A DNA stretch of 64,000 bases from Myxococcota bacterium (GTDB taxonomy: Bacteria; Myxococcota_A; SURF-8), in contig CAXXQS010000001.1 in assembly GCA_963674735.2 (NCBI GenBank), forward strand, positions 640,001 through 704,000. Direction: 5' to 3'. Of the stretch, positions 54,821 through 63,814 are shown piece by piece (within the stretch, counting starts at the first letter, position 1; every line of letters starts with the position of its first letter). A model generated the notes under the pieces. That model did not search any database, was not told the origin of the DNA, and saw nothing but the letters and a program-made list of their open reading frames with translations. The position numbers were made by a program, and so were the translations under genes.

Positions 54821-56050
54821 TTACCAGAACTTCATCGGAATTTGAATGCCTCCCTGTATAACATCGGCGGCCCGCGTGTTTTTGCCTGGGATCAAACTCA
54901 AGGTGCGGTAGCCGGCATACAACTGGAACGGAGCGCCCAAACGCAAGAAACTGAACGTGATTTTAGCGCCAAGCATGTTCTTATAACCGGGGCGCCAATC
55001 GTCTTCCTGCTCCCAATCCCAGAGATCCGATTCGGAAGTGTAGTCGGTCTGTTGGAGGTGAATAAACGTATAGCGTAGCGACAACGAGATCAGGGGTGGT
55101 AGCGATTTCGCTTTTTCCGTATCGCCTTTGACCAGCCAAGTACCCCAAGCCGGACCTTTATAAGCGACGACGTCCGCTTCGAAAGAGAAGCCAGTGAAAT
55201 CGCCGGGATCGATCGTATAGGTGTCGCCGATGTAAAGGGCGTAGTTGAGCAGTAGAGGGTTGATCTCACCACGCGCTGATGTGTAGGTATGTTCGAAGAA
55301 AATCTCATAGAAAAAATCCAGGCCGAGAGTCAAGTAGCCATCCAATTCTTCTTCGAAGGTTTTATCGATACCCAAGTGGAAGTTAAGTTCTCCTTGAGCG
55401 TGGAGATCCCACATGGACGTTCCGGCCGAAACCACTTCTTCGGGGTCTTTGCTCTTGCCGGTCGGGATCATTCCCATGATGGATAGGGCGCTATGCAGGC
55501 CGATATCCTGGAAGAAACCAATGCGCCGAGTCCATTGGTAACGCATTCCCAGAGCGATGTCGGAAAGGACACCCTTGTTGCCGCTCCAGTTGCCCGGCTT
55601 GGGTTGTCCCATGCTTTCGGCGAATTCCCAGAAATCATCTTCGGAGTAAGCGCGTCCAAGGGTTGGTTGGTATTGGCCGACTTCCCAGCTGAAGTTCGGT
55701 TGGACGGATGATTTCAAGACGATCGGGATGCCGAAGCCGACGCTCAGATCGTCCAGGATTCCATATTGAAGCATCGGAATGAGAACCTGAAACTGAGCTT
55801 CCGCATCCACTTTAAGAACCCCCTGCAGACCGCCGCCGGGTTCATAACGTTCGATTTCCTCGATGATGGGAGCGTTTTTCCCCTCGTTGTCCCAGCGGCT
55901 GTCGACGAGTGAATAATTGTAGCTGACGTCGAGAAGGAAGGTGCCCTGGGGCAGGGTTTGTGCAAAGCGGGCGTGAGCGGGCGAGGCCAGCACGCTTAAC
56001 ATGAAAAGGAAAAACACCGTAAGGCCGATTTGTAGATTGAGGTTATTCAT
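54821..56050 (-). CDS. Putative outer-membrane beta-barrel protein (MetA-pathway/SphA channel-like)
   Basis: Signal peptide (AHA); alternating beta-strands; LQYGILDDLSVGFGIP, LSDIALGMRYQ, IPTGK; aromatic C-terminus (FW). Confidence 0.6.
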   Translation of the reverse strand: MNNLNLQIGLTVFFLFMLSVLASPAHARFAQTLPQGTFLLDVSYNYSLVDSRWDNEGKNAPIIEEIERYEPGGGLQGVLKVDAEAQFQVLIPMLQYGILDDLSVGFGIPIVLKSSVQPNFSWEVGQYQPTLGRAYSEDDFWEFAESMGQPKPGNWSGNKGVLSDIALGMRYQWTRRIGFFQDIGLHSALSIMGMIPTGKSKDPEEVVSAGTSMWDLHAQGELNFHLGIDKTFEEELDGYLTLGLDFFYEIFFEHTYTSARGEINPLLLNYALYIGDTYTIDPGDFTGFSFEADVVAYKGPAWGTWLVKGDTEKAKSLPPLISLSLRYTFIHLQQTDYTSESDLWDWEQEDDWRPGYKNMLGAKITFSFLRLGAPFQLYAGYRTLSLIPGKNTRAADVIQGGIQIPMKFW

Positions 56051-58008
56051 TATTCCACCCCCTTCTCAAGAGCAACCTTGAGATCGACTTCCAAAAACGG
56101 CATAGCCGTAGCCGGAACGGACCCCATGGCAAAGTGAACTTTGCCTTTCGCGGGCTCGAAGATGGTGGAAATCATGGAATCATGTTCATCGACAAGTTGG
56201 GGAGTCCGGAGGATCTGTGCCGTCTTCCAAACATCCAACTTTCCATAGTTGTTACCAATTAGTTCCCCAAGCAAGTGGTAGGCCCGCAAGCTACGGTAGT
56301 AGAAACTAGTCCACACCCGCTGAGGTTTAAGCATAAAGCCGATGATGTTGGTTCCGTCGGGAACGTCATTTGTATTTACGGCGTAATGACTGGCCATGCG
56401 TATGTCGTCTGGGCCGAAACTACTTGGCTGATTCGGTTCTTCGGGGTCGTAGACAAAGACGCCACCATCGTCCGTGTTGAATTCGTTCGAATCCATTTCA
56501 ACGGCGCGGATGTCTCCCGCCGCATCGGCGAGCAAGACATTCCAGCCAAAAGCGGGCTTGTGCGTGCGCAGGTAATCGACGCCATCCGATGTCTCATTTC
56601 CTGTTTTCAGGATCTCGCGGCCCATGATTCCGATCGGAACGCCACTGGCCAGCAGGTGAGCCATGAAGAGGTCGTGGCTCACTTCCCCCGCCATGGAATT
56701 GTCGAGAGAATCGGAGTTGTTGAAAGAGAAGGTGACACCTTCCGTGTTCATTCCGGAGAATCCCCAAACGATACCGGTGTAGCCGAACGTTGCGTGCGGG
56801 ATACCGTTTTGCGGTTTATGTATGAACATCACTGTGTGTTTGTGGGTGGTGTCGGAGTCGAGTAACGCGTAATGGTGGGCGGCAATCGGGTCTCCGTCCA
56901 CGGTTGCCGAGCCGCGCATGGCAAAACTGATCGAGGGAGGCTGAGTGCGACCGTCTTCCTCTGCACGGTTGGGAGTATCCGCTAGGGATTTTCCGTAGCC
57001 GACGGTCGAGAAAGTAAACCATTCGTCACGCATGAAACGGGCGTGTAGAGGCGGAACATGCCCCAATGAGAGGTCGCCAACCTGCAGCAAGATGGAAATA
57101 TCGGCGGCTGGCGGGAATCCGCCATCCGGAGTGAATAGAATTTCGACTGTACCCTCGTCGTTGATTACGGTGGTGATAATAGCAGCGTTTGGTGATTCGT
57201 ATACGGTGTCGTTTACCTGAATTCGAATAGAATCCGGGTCAACGCCTTGAATATCAAGCGGATTTTTGTTGACGCCGATTTTCTGATCGGCCACGACGAA
57301 GCGGATGCTGGAGTCGGTGGGTACTTCACGCATAATAGCAACGGGAGATGGTTCGTAAGGTTTGAGCAACGCTTCATCGGCTTCGTCGGCGTCGCCGTTT
57401 TCGTTGTTGTCAATTTCATCATGCTCAAGATCGGTGACAAACTCGATTTCCTGGATGTAAGGCGACTGAATTTGGCGGATGAAGAAGGTGATGGCCCGGA
57501 AGGTCAGCATGGTATCGAAGAGGGTGTTCAGGATTAAGATCTCTTCGTAGGGCATGCCGGAACCATCTGCGATTCCGTGCATCTCATCGATGTATTCTTG
57601 TGGAATATCTTTCTCGAGATTTTCCCCACTTTCTTTCATGAGAAGATATGAAAACCCACATTTTTCACGGCAGCGGTCGGTGCAACCGGCTAAACATTCT
57701 TTTTCCCAAGCTTCGTAGTAGCTATCAAGGTCTTCATTTTCATCCACTTTATATTCAAGTAGGACATCGGAGACATCCTCCTGTTCTCGATTGAGGTAAG
57801 GCAAGAGGGAATTGGGTAAAAGGCTTGCGTAAAGGGAGCGAATGCGGTTTGAAAATCGCTCGCCATGTTTAAAACCTCGCTCGTAGGGGGTTCCCTCCAA
57901 CACCATGATTTCGAAATGCGAGGGCTGCTTGGCTTCATCGCAAGCGATACAGATTGTGATAAGCGCCAGCACAAACAACATCGGGGTTATGATTACTGCT
58001 CTACTCAT
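56050..58008 (-). CDS. Peptidase C45 / acid-ceramidase-like Ntn hydrolase homolog, lipoprotein, with insertion domain
   Basis: RBS GAGGAG; lipobox CIAC; LEGTPYERGFKHG, YIDEMHGIADG, ILN, SFAMRGSATVDG, FSGMNTEGV, WNVLLAD. Confidence 0.8.
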   Translation of the reverse strand: MSRAVIITPMLFVLALITICIACDEAKQPSHFEIMVLEGTPYERGFKHGERFSNRIRSLYASLLPNSLLPYLNREQEDVSDVLLEYKVDENEDLDSYYEAWEKECLAGCTDRCREKCGFSYLLMKESGENLEKDIPQEYIDEMHGIADGSGMPYEEILILNTLFDTMLTFRAITFFIRQIQSPYIQEIEFVTDLEHDEIDNNENGDADEADEALLKPYEPSPVAIMREVPTDSSIRFVVADQKIGVNKNPLDIQGVDPDSIRIQVNDTVYESPNAAIITTVINDEGTVEILFTPDGGFPPAADISILLQVGDLSLGHVPPLHARFMRDEWFTFSTVGYGKSLADTPNRAEEDGRTQPPSISFAMRGSATVDGDPIAAHHYALLDSDTTHKHTVMFIHKPQNGIPHATFGYTGIVWGFSGMNTEGVTFSFNNSDSLDNSMAGEVSHDLFMAHLLASGVPIGIMGREILKTGNETSDGVDYLRTHKPAFGWNVLLADAAGDIRAVEMDSNEFNTDDGGVFVYDPEEPNQPSSFGPDDIRMASHYAVNTNDVPDGTNIIGFMLKPQRVWTSFYYRSLRAYHLLGELIGNNYGKLDVWKTAQILRTPQLVDEHDSMISTIFEPAKGKVHFAMGSVPATAMPFLEVDLKVALEKGVE

Positions 58009-59002
58009 CATACTCCTCAGCTCCGGTGTATTTGGAAAATCCACAACCGACCGACCGGAAATGACTTCGGTTCGGCGTGAGTGCCACATTAAAAAACATC
58101 GGGATATCGGGGCGTTGCGAAAGATACAGATGTACGCGAATTCACCCTTCGAGAATTCATATTTTGCGCCATCGTATTTGTTTGTTGTACAAGCTTGGCC
58201 CTTTATCCGCTTTCACGTCACTGATCACATTCCACATTCAAGAGCACGAAGCGATTTTCGATTTCGGGAGACGACCCGATCCCAAGAGGTGCGGGTTACA
58301 TGCTTGCCCGGTTGACGAAACCTCTGAAATTATGGGTGAAATGCAGCATGTGGGAGATCAAAAGAAGAGGTGCATCCCATGTGAAAAGGTTCTCGATTCA
58401 AGCTCGGGATTCCCAAAACGTCAAAAGGTTAACACGATGCAAGATCAAGTCAACGAATTTTGCCGATAATTATCCGATTTTTGACGAATCCCTGCTTAAT
58501 GTGCAATTATACCAAATAAGATGTGCTTCACTTATTTATAAACACCTATATTACAAGCTGTTTTCAGATATGGAAAATATGTTGTATTATCTTGAAGTTT
58601 CAGAAAAGTTTACAATATAGACAAATGAAATCTGGTTATATCTGATAAAACGAGAAATTATTGGTAATTTGAATGGGTATTGGTTACAACTACAATTCAG
58701 AATAAAGGTGCCATCTTCGTGAATGGCTTACCTTTCGATCTTTCAGGCAGCAAATTCAAGATGTTCCCCATCTCTTTTTTTACATGCGTGAAATAAAGAG
58801 ATCATTCGTTTTCAGCGCTGGCCATGGTTTATGCGCTGCGTTGAAAGTCGGTCAGAATCATCCCAAGTTAAAGTGACTAAGATATGAAACCAACGGGATG
58901 AACGAGGGTTGGCCGACAACTGAGTGAGGCTTCATTCATGGCGGGACGGTCAGCCCGGTTTGGACGATCGATCGCCGTCGCGAACATAAGGAGTGGTCGC
59001 AA

Positions 59003-60295
59003 ATGGAAATACCGATCAAGCTTGACGAGAAAAAGCCGGATCTGAAGCAGAAAGCGCTGGAGGTGCTACCGGAAGGAGCGAATCTGGACTTGTGCTTCAC
59101 ATGTGGAACCTGTACCAGTGGTTGCCCGGCCTCAGGGCTGGCCGATATGGACCCCCGCAAGTTTTTGCGTATGGTTCTACTGGGTATGGATGAGGAGATC
59201 AAAGAGAGCAACTGGATTTGGATGTGCACGATGTGCCAACGTTGCATCTCGGCCTGTCCCATGAAAATCGATATACCGCGTTTGGTGTACTACGCTCGTA
59301 CGCTGGTACCACGTGAGGAACGACCGACGGGTATCAAGAAATCGTGTGATTTGCATATCAAATCACAAGGCGGCGCGATGGGAATCCCCAAGGAGGATTT
59401 CGAGTTCGTGGTCGAGGACATGCTTGAAGAAACCCATGAAACACAACCGGACTTTTCCGATATGCCGGCTCCGATCGACAAGGTCGGTGCCAAGTTTTGC
59501 CTGAACCAGAACTCGCGTGAGCCGGTCACCGAGCCGGAGGAAATGGTTCCGCTGTGGAAAATCCTGCACACTGTCGGTGCGGACTGGACTTACCCTTCGC
59601 ACATGTGGGGTGGTGAGAACTACTGTATGTTCCTGGCCGATGATGAAAACTGGGAACACATCATCCGTGAACAAGTGAACCACATCGATAATGTTCTAGG
59701 CTGCGAGTATTACGTCAATACGGAGTGCGGCCATTCTTTCTATGCCATATGGGAAGGTCTCCGTAAATACAAGATTCCGCATAAATTCAAGTTCAAGCAT
59801 GTCGTCGAGCTTTATGCGGAATGGATTCGTGAGGGGAAATTACCCGTCACCCCAGACTGGAACAAAGATCTCGGCATAAAATTTACCTGTCAAGATCCTT
59901 GCCAAGCTGTCCGCAAAACCTTGGGTGACTATTTCGCCCAGGAACTGCGATTCGTGGTTAAGGCGTGTGTCGGCGAAGAAAACTTTATCGACATGGTGCC
60001 CAACAGTATCAACAACTTCTGTTGCGGTGGAGGAGGGGGGACGCTTCAAGCTCCCTTTACCGATGAGCGCCGTGCCTTTGGCAAAACAAAGTTCGATCAG
60101 ATCATCGCGACCGGCGCTAGCTATGTGATTACGCCTTGCCATAACTGCCATGCTCAGGTTCACGATATCGGTGAACATTTCGGCGGCGAATATCACACCA
60201 TCCATTTGTGGACCTTGATCGCGATGTCCATGGGATGGCTTCATGAAAGCGAGCGGACGTATTTGGGCCCCGACCTGATGAAGATCGGTCTGTAG
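59003..60295 (+). CDS. HdrD/HdrCB-like heterodisulfide reductase catalytic subunit (2x[4Fe-4S] plus CCG domains)
   Basis: CFTCGTCTSGCP, CTMCQRCISACP, TECGH, QDPC, FCCGGGGG, TPCHNC; RBS AAGGAG. Confidence 0.88.
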   Translation: MEIPIKLDEKKPDLKQKALEVLPEGANLDLCFTCGTCTSGCPASGLADMDPRKFLRMVLLGMDEEIKESNWIWMCTMCQRCISACPMKIDIPRLVYYARTLVPREERPTGIKKSCDLHIKSQGGAMGIPKEDFEFVVEDMLEETHETQPDFSDMPAPIDKVGAKFCLNQNSREPVTEPEEMVPLWKILHTVGADWTYPSHMWGGENYCMFLADDENWEHIIREQVNHIDNVLGCEYYVNTECGHSFYAIWEGLRKYKIPHKFKFKHVVELYAEWIREGKLPVTPDWNKDLGIKFTCQDPCQAVRKTLGDYFAQELRFVVKACVGEENFIDMVPNSINNFCCGGGGGTLQAPFTDERRAFGKTKFDQIIATGASYVITPCHNCHAQVHDIGEHFGGEYHTIHLWTLIAMSMGWLHESERTYLGPDLMKIGL

Positions 60296-60307
60296 AGGAG
60301 GACAAAC

Positions 60308-63300
60308 ATGACGAATCCAGTAACCGGTTCTGTTCTCGTCGCGGGCGGTGGTATCGCCGGTATCCAGGCTTCACTGGATCTCGCGAATTCGGGATATCAC
60401 GTGTACCTTGTCGAAACAAAAAGCTCCATCGGCGGCGTGATGGCGCAGCTTGACAAAACGTTCCCCACCAACGACTGCTCCATGTGTATCATGTCGCCGA
60501 AGTTGGTCGAGGTGGGCCGCCATAAAAACATTGAAATTCTCACCCTGGCTGACATCCAGGACGTGCAGGGCGAGAAGGGCAACTTCACGGTCAAAATCCG
60601 GCAGCGCCCGCGTTATGTGGATCCCGACAAGTGTATTGCTTGTGGTGTCTGCACCCAGACCTGCCCGTCCAAGGTGGATGACTCTTACAATGCCGGTTTG
60701 GGCAAGCGCAAGGCCATCCACGTTTTGTATCCGCAGGCCGTGCCACTTAAGTATGTCATCGATGCCGAGCATTGCTTCAAACTGACCAAGGATAAATGTG
60801 GAATCTGTGCGAAGAAATGTCCCAAGGGTGCCATTAACTATGATGATACCGAAAAGCAACTTACGCTTAATGTCGGGGCGTTGATTCTTGCGCCCGGCTT
60901 CGATACTTTCGATGCCTCCAAACTGGTTGCTTACGGATACGGAAAAACACCGAATGTCGTGACCTCTATCGAGTTCGAACGTCTGCTGTCGGCCTCGGGT
61001 CCCACTCAGGGGCATGTCCAGCGAAATGATGGAAAAGAGCCGAAGAAAATTGCGTGGTTGCAGTGTGTCGGATCACGTGATATCAACCGTGCCGAAAACG
61101 GGCATTGTTCATCCGTTTGTTGTATGTACGCCATCAAGGAAGCCATCATTACCAAAGAACATGGTGCGGATGTCGATTGCTCCATTTTCTATATGGATAT
61201 GCGTACGCACGGTAAGGACTTCGAAGCGTGCTACAACGACGCCAAAGATAAACACGGCATCAACTTTATCCGTACACGTGTGCATTCCATTATTCCCGAC
61301 ATGAAAACCGGCGACTTGGAGTTGTCTTATATCGACGATGATGGCAAGTTGCTGAAATCCATGTTCGACATGGTCGTGTTGTCTGTTGGTATGCAAACGC
61401 CGCCGGAATTGGTCCAGCTTGCCGGAAGCATGAATGTGGCGTTGACACCCGGTAATTTCTGCCAAACCGGATCGTTTTCGCCGGTGTCCACTTCGCGTGA
61501 CGGTATCTATGTGTGCGGTGCCTTCCAGGGCCCCAAAGACATTCCGCAGTCGGTGGTCGAAGCGAGTTCGGCCGCCATGTGTGCCGGAGCGGATCTGGCC
61601 GCAGCGCGCAATACCTTGATTAAACAAGATAAGCCGATTTCCGAACGCAACGTGACGGGCGAACGTCCGCGCGTCGGTGTGTTTGTTTGTCATTGTGGGC
61701 ATAACATCGGGGGCGTCGTCGACGTGCCGGGCGTGCGCGATTACGCTCGGGATCTTCCATATGTCGAGTATGTGGCCGACAACCTGTATTCCTGCAGTCA
61801 GGACACCCAGGATGTGATGGCGAAAATGATCGAGGAGCATCAGCTCAATCGCATCGTCGTGGCGGCCTGCAGCCCCAAAACGCATGAACCTTTGTTCCAG
61901 GAAACCTTGACGGCGGCGGGCATCAACAAATACTTGTTCGAATTCTGCAACATTCGCAACCATGTTTCCTGGGTGCATAAGGACGACCCGCAAGCGGCGA
62001 CCGAAAAATCCAAAGAGTTGGTGCGGATGGCCGTTGCCAAGGTGGCGTGTTTGGCTCCCTTGCAAGAGGCCGAACTTGAAATCAATCAGGCTGCCATGGT
62101 GATCGGCGGCGGCCTTGCCGGGATGACCGCAGCGAAAGGGCTGGCGAGCCAGGGTTATCAGGTGCATCTGGTCGAACGCGAAACGCAACTCGGCGGTCAG
62201 GCGCGAAATCTGTACCACACGTGGCGCGGAGAAGACGTTCAGGCCGAGTTGGCCGAAATGGTAAAAACGATTGAGTCGAGCCCGGAAATCACGGTTCATA
62301 CCGGAACGGCGCTCACCCATGTCGATGGATTCGTCGGCAACTTCGTTTCTTCGTTGGAAAAAGACGGACAAACCCAGCGCATCAAGCATGGTGTGGCGAT
62401 TATCGCGACCGGTGCGAAAGGGTATACTCCCAACGAATACCTTTACGGCAAAGACCCACGGGTGCTGACGCATCATGAGTTGGACGCGCGTTTCATTGCT
62501 GACGACGCTTCGTTGGCCAAGATGAAAACGGCTGTATTCATTCAATGTGTAGGTTCACGTGAGCCGGGACACCCCTACTGCTCGCGTGTCTGTTGTACAC
62601 ATACCGTCGAAAGTGCGATTCGATTGAAAGAGCGCAATGCCGACATGAAGGTGTTCGTGCTTTACCGCGATATTCGCACTTACGGTGAGCGCGAGCTTCT
62701 GTATACCAAAGCTCGCGAGCTGGGCGTGATTTTCATCCGCTACGGACTTGACGGCAAACCGCAGGTTGTCGCCGGTGACAAAGGACTGGAAATTACGGTT
62801 AAAGACCACATCTTGAACCGTCCCGTCACCATTACGGCTGACCTGCTGACTTTGGCAACAGCCATCGAGTCCTATCGTGACGAGAAACTGGCTCAGATGT
62901 TCAAGGTCCCAATAAACGAGGATGGATTCTTCCTCGAAGCGCATGTCAAGCTTGGGCCGTCTGATTTCGCCACCGATGGTGTGTTCCTTGCCGGTATGGC
63001 TCATTATCCCAAGCCGGTGGATGAGGCGGTCGCGCAGGGTCAAGCCGCCGTGTCGCGTGCCACGACGCTTCTTGCCCGTGAGCGTGTACGCATCAGCGGA
63101 AACGTGGCTTATGTCGATCCGCGGGACTGCTCCAGTTGTGGAACCTGCGTTGATGTTTGTCCTTACAATGCTCCGAATTTCATCACCGATGGACCGTTTG
63201 CCGGTCGCTCGGAGATTAATCCGATGCTGTGCAAAGGATGTGGCTTGTGTGTGGCGTCCTGCCGCTCCGGTGCGATCAATCTGCGTGGGTTCGAGCAGAA

Positions 63301-63334
63301 CCAGTTGATGGTCCAGATCATGGAGGCGATTTAA
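60308..63334 (+). CDS. hdrA: Heterodisulfide reductase subunit A family flavoprotein (large form with two FAD-binding motifs)
   Basis: GGGIAG, QLDKTFPTNDCSMCI, ferredoxin inserts, QCVGSRD, CSSVCC, second GGGLAG and QCVGSR/CSRVCC, C-terminal 2x[4Fe-4S]. Confidence 0.95.
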   Translation: MTNPVTGSVLVAGGGIAGIQASLDLANSGYHVYLVETKSSIGGVMAQLDKTFPTNDCSMCIMSPKLVEVGRHKNIEILTLADIQDVQGEKGNFTVKIRQRPRYVDPDKCIACGVCTQTCPSKVDDSYNAGLGKRKAIHVLYPQAVPLKYVIDAEHCFKLTKDKCGICAKKCPKGAINYDDTEKQLTLNVGALILAPGFDTFDASKLVAYGYGKTPNVVTSIEFERLLSASGPTQGHVQRNDGKEPKKIAWLQCVGSRDINRAENGHCSSVCCMYAIKEAIITKEHGADVDCSIFYMDMRTHGKDFEACYNDAKDKHGINFIRTRVHSIIPDMKTGDLELSYIDDDGKLLKSMFDMVVLSVGMQTPPELVQLAGSMNVALTPGNFCQTGSFSPVSTSRDGIYVCGAFQGPKDIPQSVVEASSAAMCAGADLAAARNTLIKQDKPISERNVTGERPRVGVFVCHCGHNIGGVVDVPGVRDYARDLPYVEYVADNLYSCSQDTQDVMAKMIEEHQLNRIVVAACSPKTHEPLFQETLTAAGINKYLFEFCNIRNHVSWVHKDDPQAATEKSKELVRMAVAKVACLAPLQEAELEINQAAMVIGGGLAGMTAAKGLASQGYQVHLVERETQLGGQARNLYHTWRGEDVQAELAEMVKTIESSPEITVHTGTALTHVDGFVGNFVSSLEKDGQTQRIKHGVAIIATGAKGYTPNEYLYGKDPRVLTHHELDARFIADDASLAKMKTAVFIQCVGSREPGHPYCSRVCCTHTVESAIRLKERNADMKVFVLYRDIRTYGERELLYTKARELGVIFIRYGLDGKPQVVAGDKGLEITVKDHILNRPVTITADLLTLATAIESYRDEKLAQMFKVPINEDGFFLEAHVKLGPSDFATDGVFLAGMAHYPKPVDEAVAQGQAAVSRATTLLARERVRISGNVAYVDPRDCSSCGTCVDVCPYNAPNFITDGPFAGRSEINPMLCKGCGLCVASCRSGAINLRGFEQNQLMVQIMEAI

Positions 63335-63367
63335 TCCAAGCGGCATCGTCGCTGGGTGAGGAGATGA

Positions 63368-63814
63368 ATGATGCAAATTCCTAGAGAAGACTGGCAGCCC
63401 AAGATCGTGGCCTTTCTCTGCAATTGGTGCACGTATGGTGCGGCCGACCTGGCAGGCGTGAATCGCTTGCAATATCCGCCGAACTTCAAAGTTATCCGGG
63501 TGCCTTGCTCGGGACGGATCAGTCCCAAGCTGATTATGGCCGCGTTCCGTAATGGAGCGGACGGTGTGTGGGTGTCGGGTTGTCATCCGGGTGATTGTCA
63601 CTATATAGAAGGCAACCTGTACGCACGTCGTAAGTTTGCCATGTTCCGCAACCTCTTCAATTACATCGGTATCGATGAACGCCGTCTGCATTTCTCCTGG
63701 ATTTCGTCCGCCGAAGGCACGAAATTCGCCGCAGTGGCCAACGAAGTGGTCGAGGCCGTCCGGGAAGCCGGACCGGCCCATCAGCTGATCAAAGAAAAGG
63801 CACAGGTGGTGTGA
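63368..63814 (+). CDS. mvhD: MvhD/FlxD [2Fe-2S] subunit
   Basis: FLCNWCTY, RVPCSGR, GADGV..SGCHPGDCHY, WISSAEG. Confidence 0.95.
   Translation: MMQIPREDWQPKIVAFLCNWCTYGAADLAGVNRLQYPPNFKVIRVPCSGRISPKLIMAAFRNGADGVWVSGCHPGDCHYIEGNLYARRKFAMFRNLFNYIGIDERRLHFSWISSAEGTKFAAVANEVVEAVREAGPAHQLIKEKAQVV

Noticed and set aside
48400-58008. A single six-gene minus-strand operon linking the amidases to lipid synthesis
   Set aside because: A clear terminator at 52134-52176 and a ~280-nt gap separate the two units; any functional link is inference only.
58077-58620. Small ORFs 58077-58469 and 58300-58620 (also 10434-10898 and 25536-25880)
   Set aside because: They lie in promoter or intergenic regions, with atypical composition, no RBS and no motifs.
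58819-58834. Sigma54 promoter-like TGGCCATGGTTTATGC before hdr
   Set aside because: GG-to-GC spacing is 11 nt rather than the strict 10.
2776-63781. Other long antisense or alternate-frame ORFs (2776-4284, 18508-19563, 20242-21492, 22032-23399, 39342-40850, 61109-62545, 62555-63781, etc.)
   Set aside because: All overlap well-supported genes and have the composition expected of shadow frames in GC-rich DNA.
60308-63814. Selenocysteine recoding in hdrA/mvhD
   Set aside because: Positions that are often Sec (FPTNDC, WCTY, GCHPGDCHY) are ordinary Cys codons; there is no in-frame TGA.
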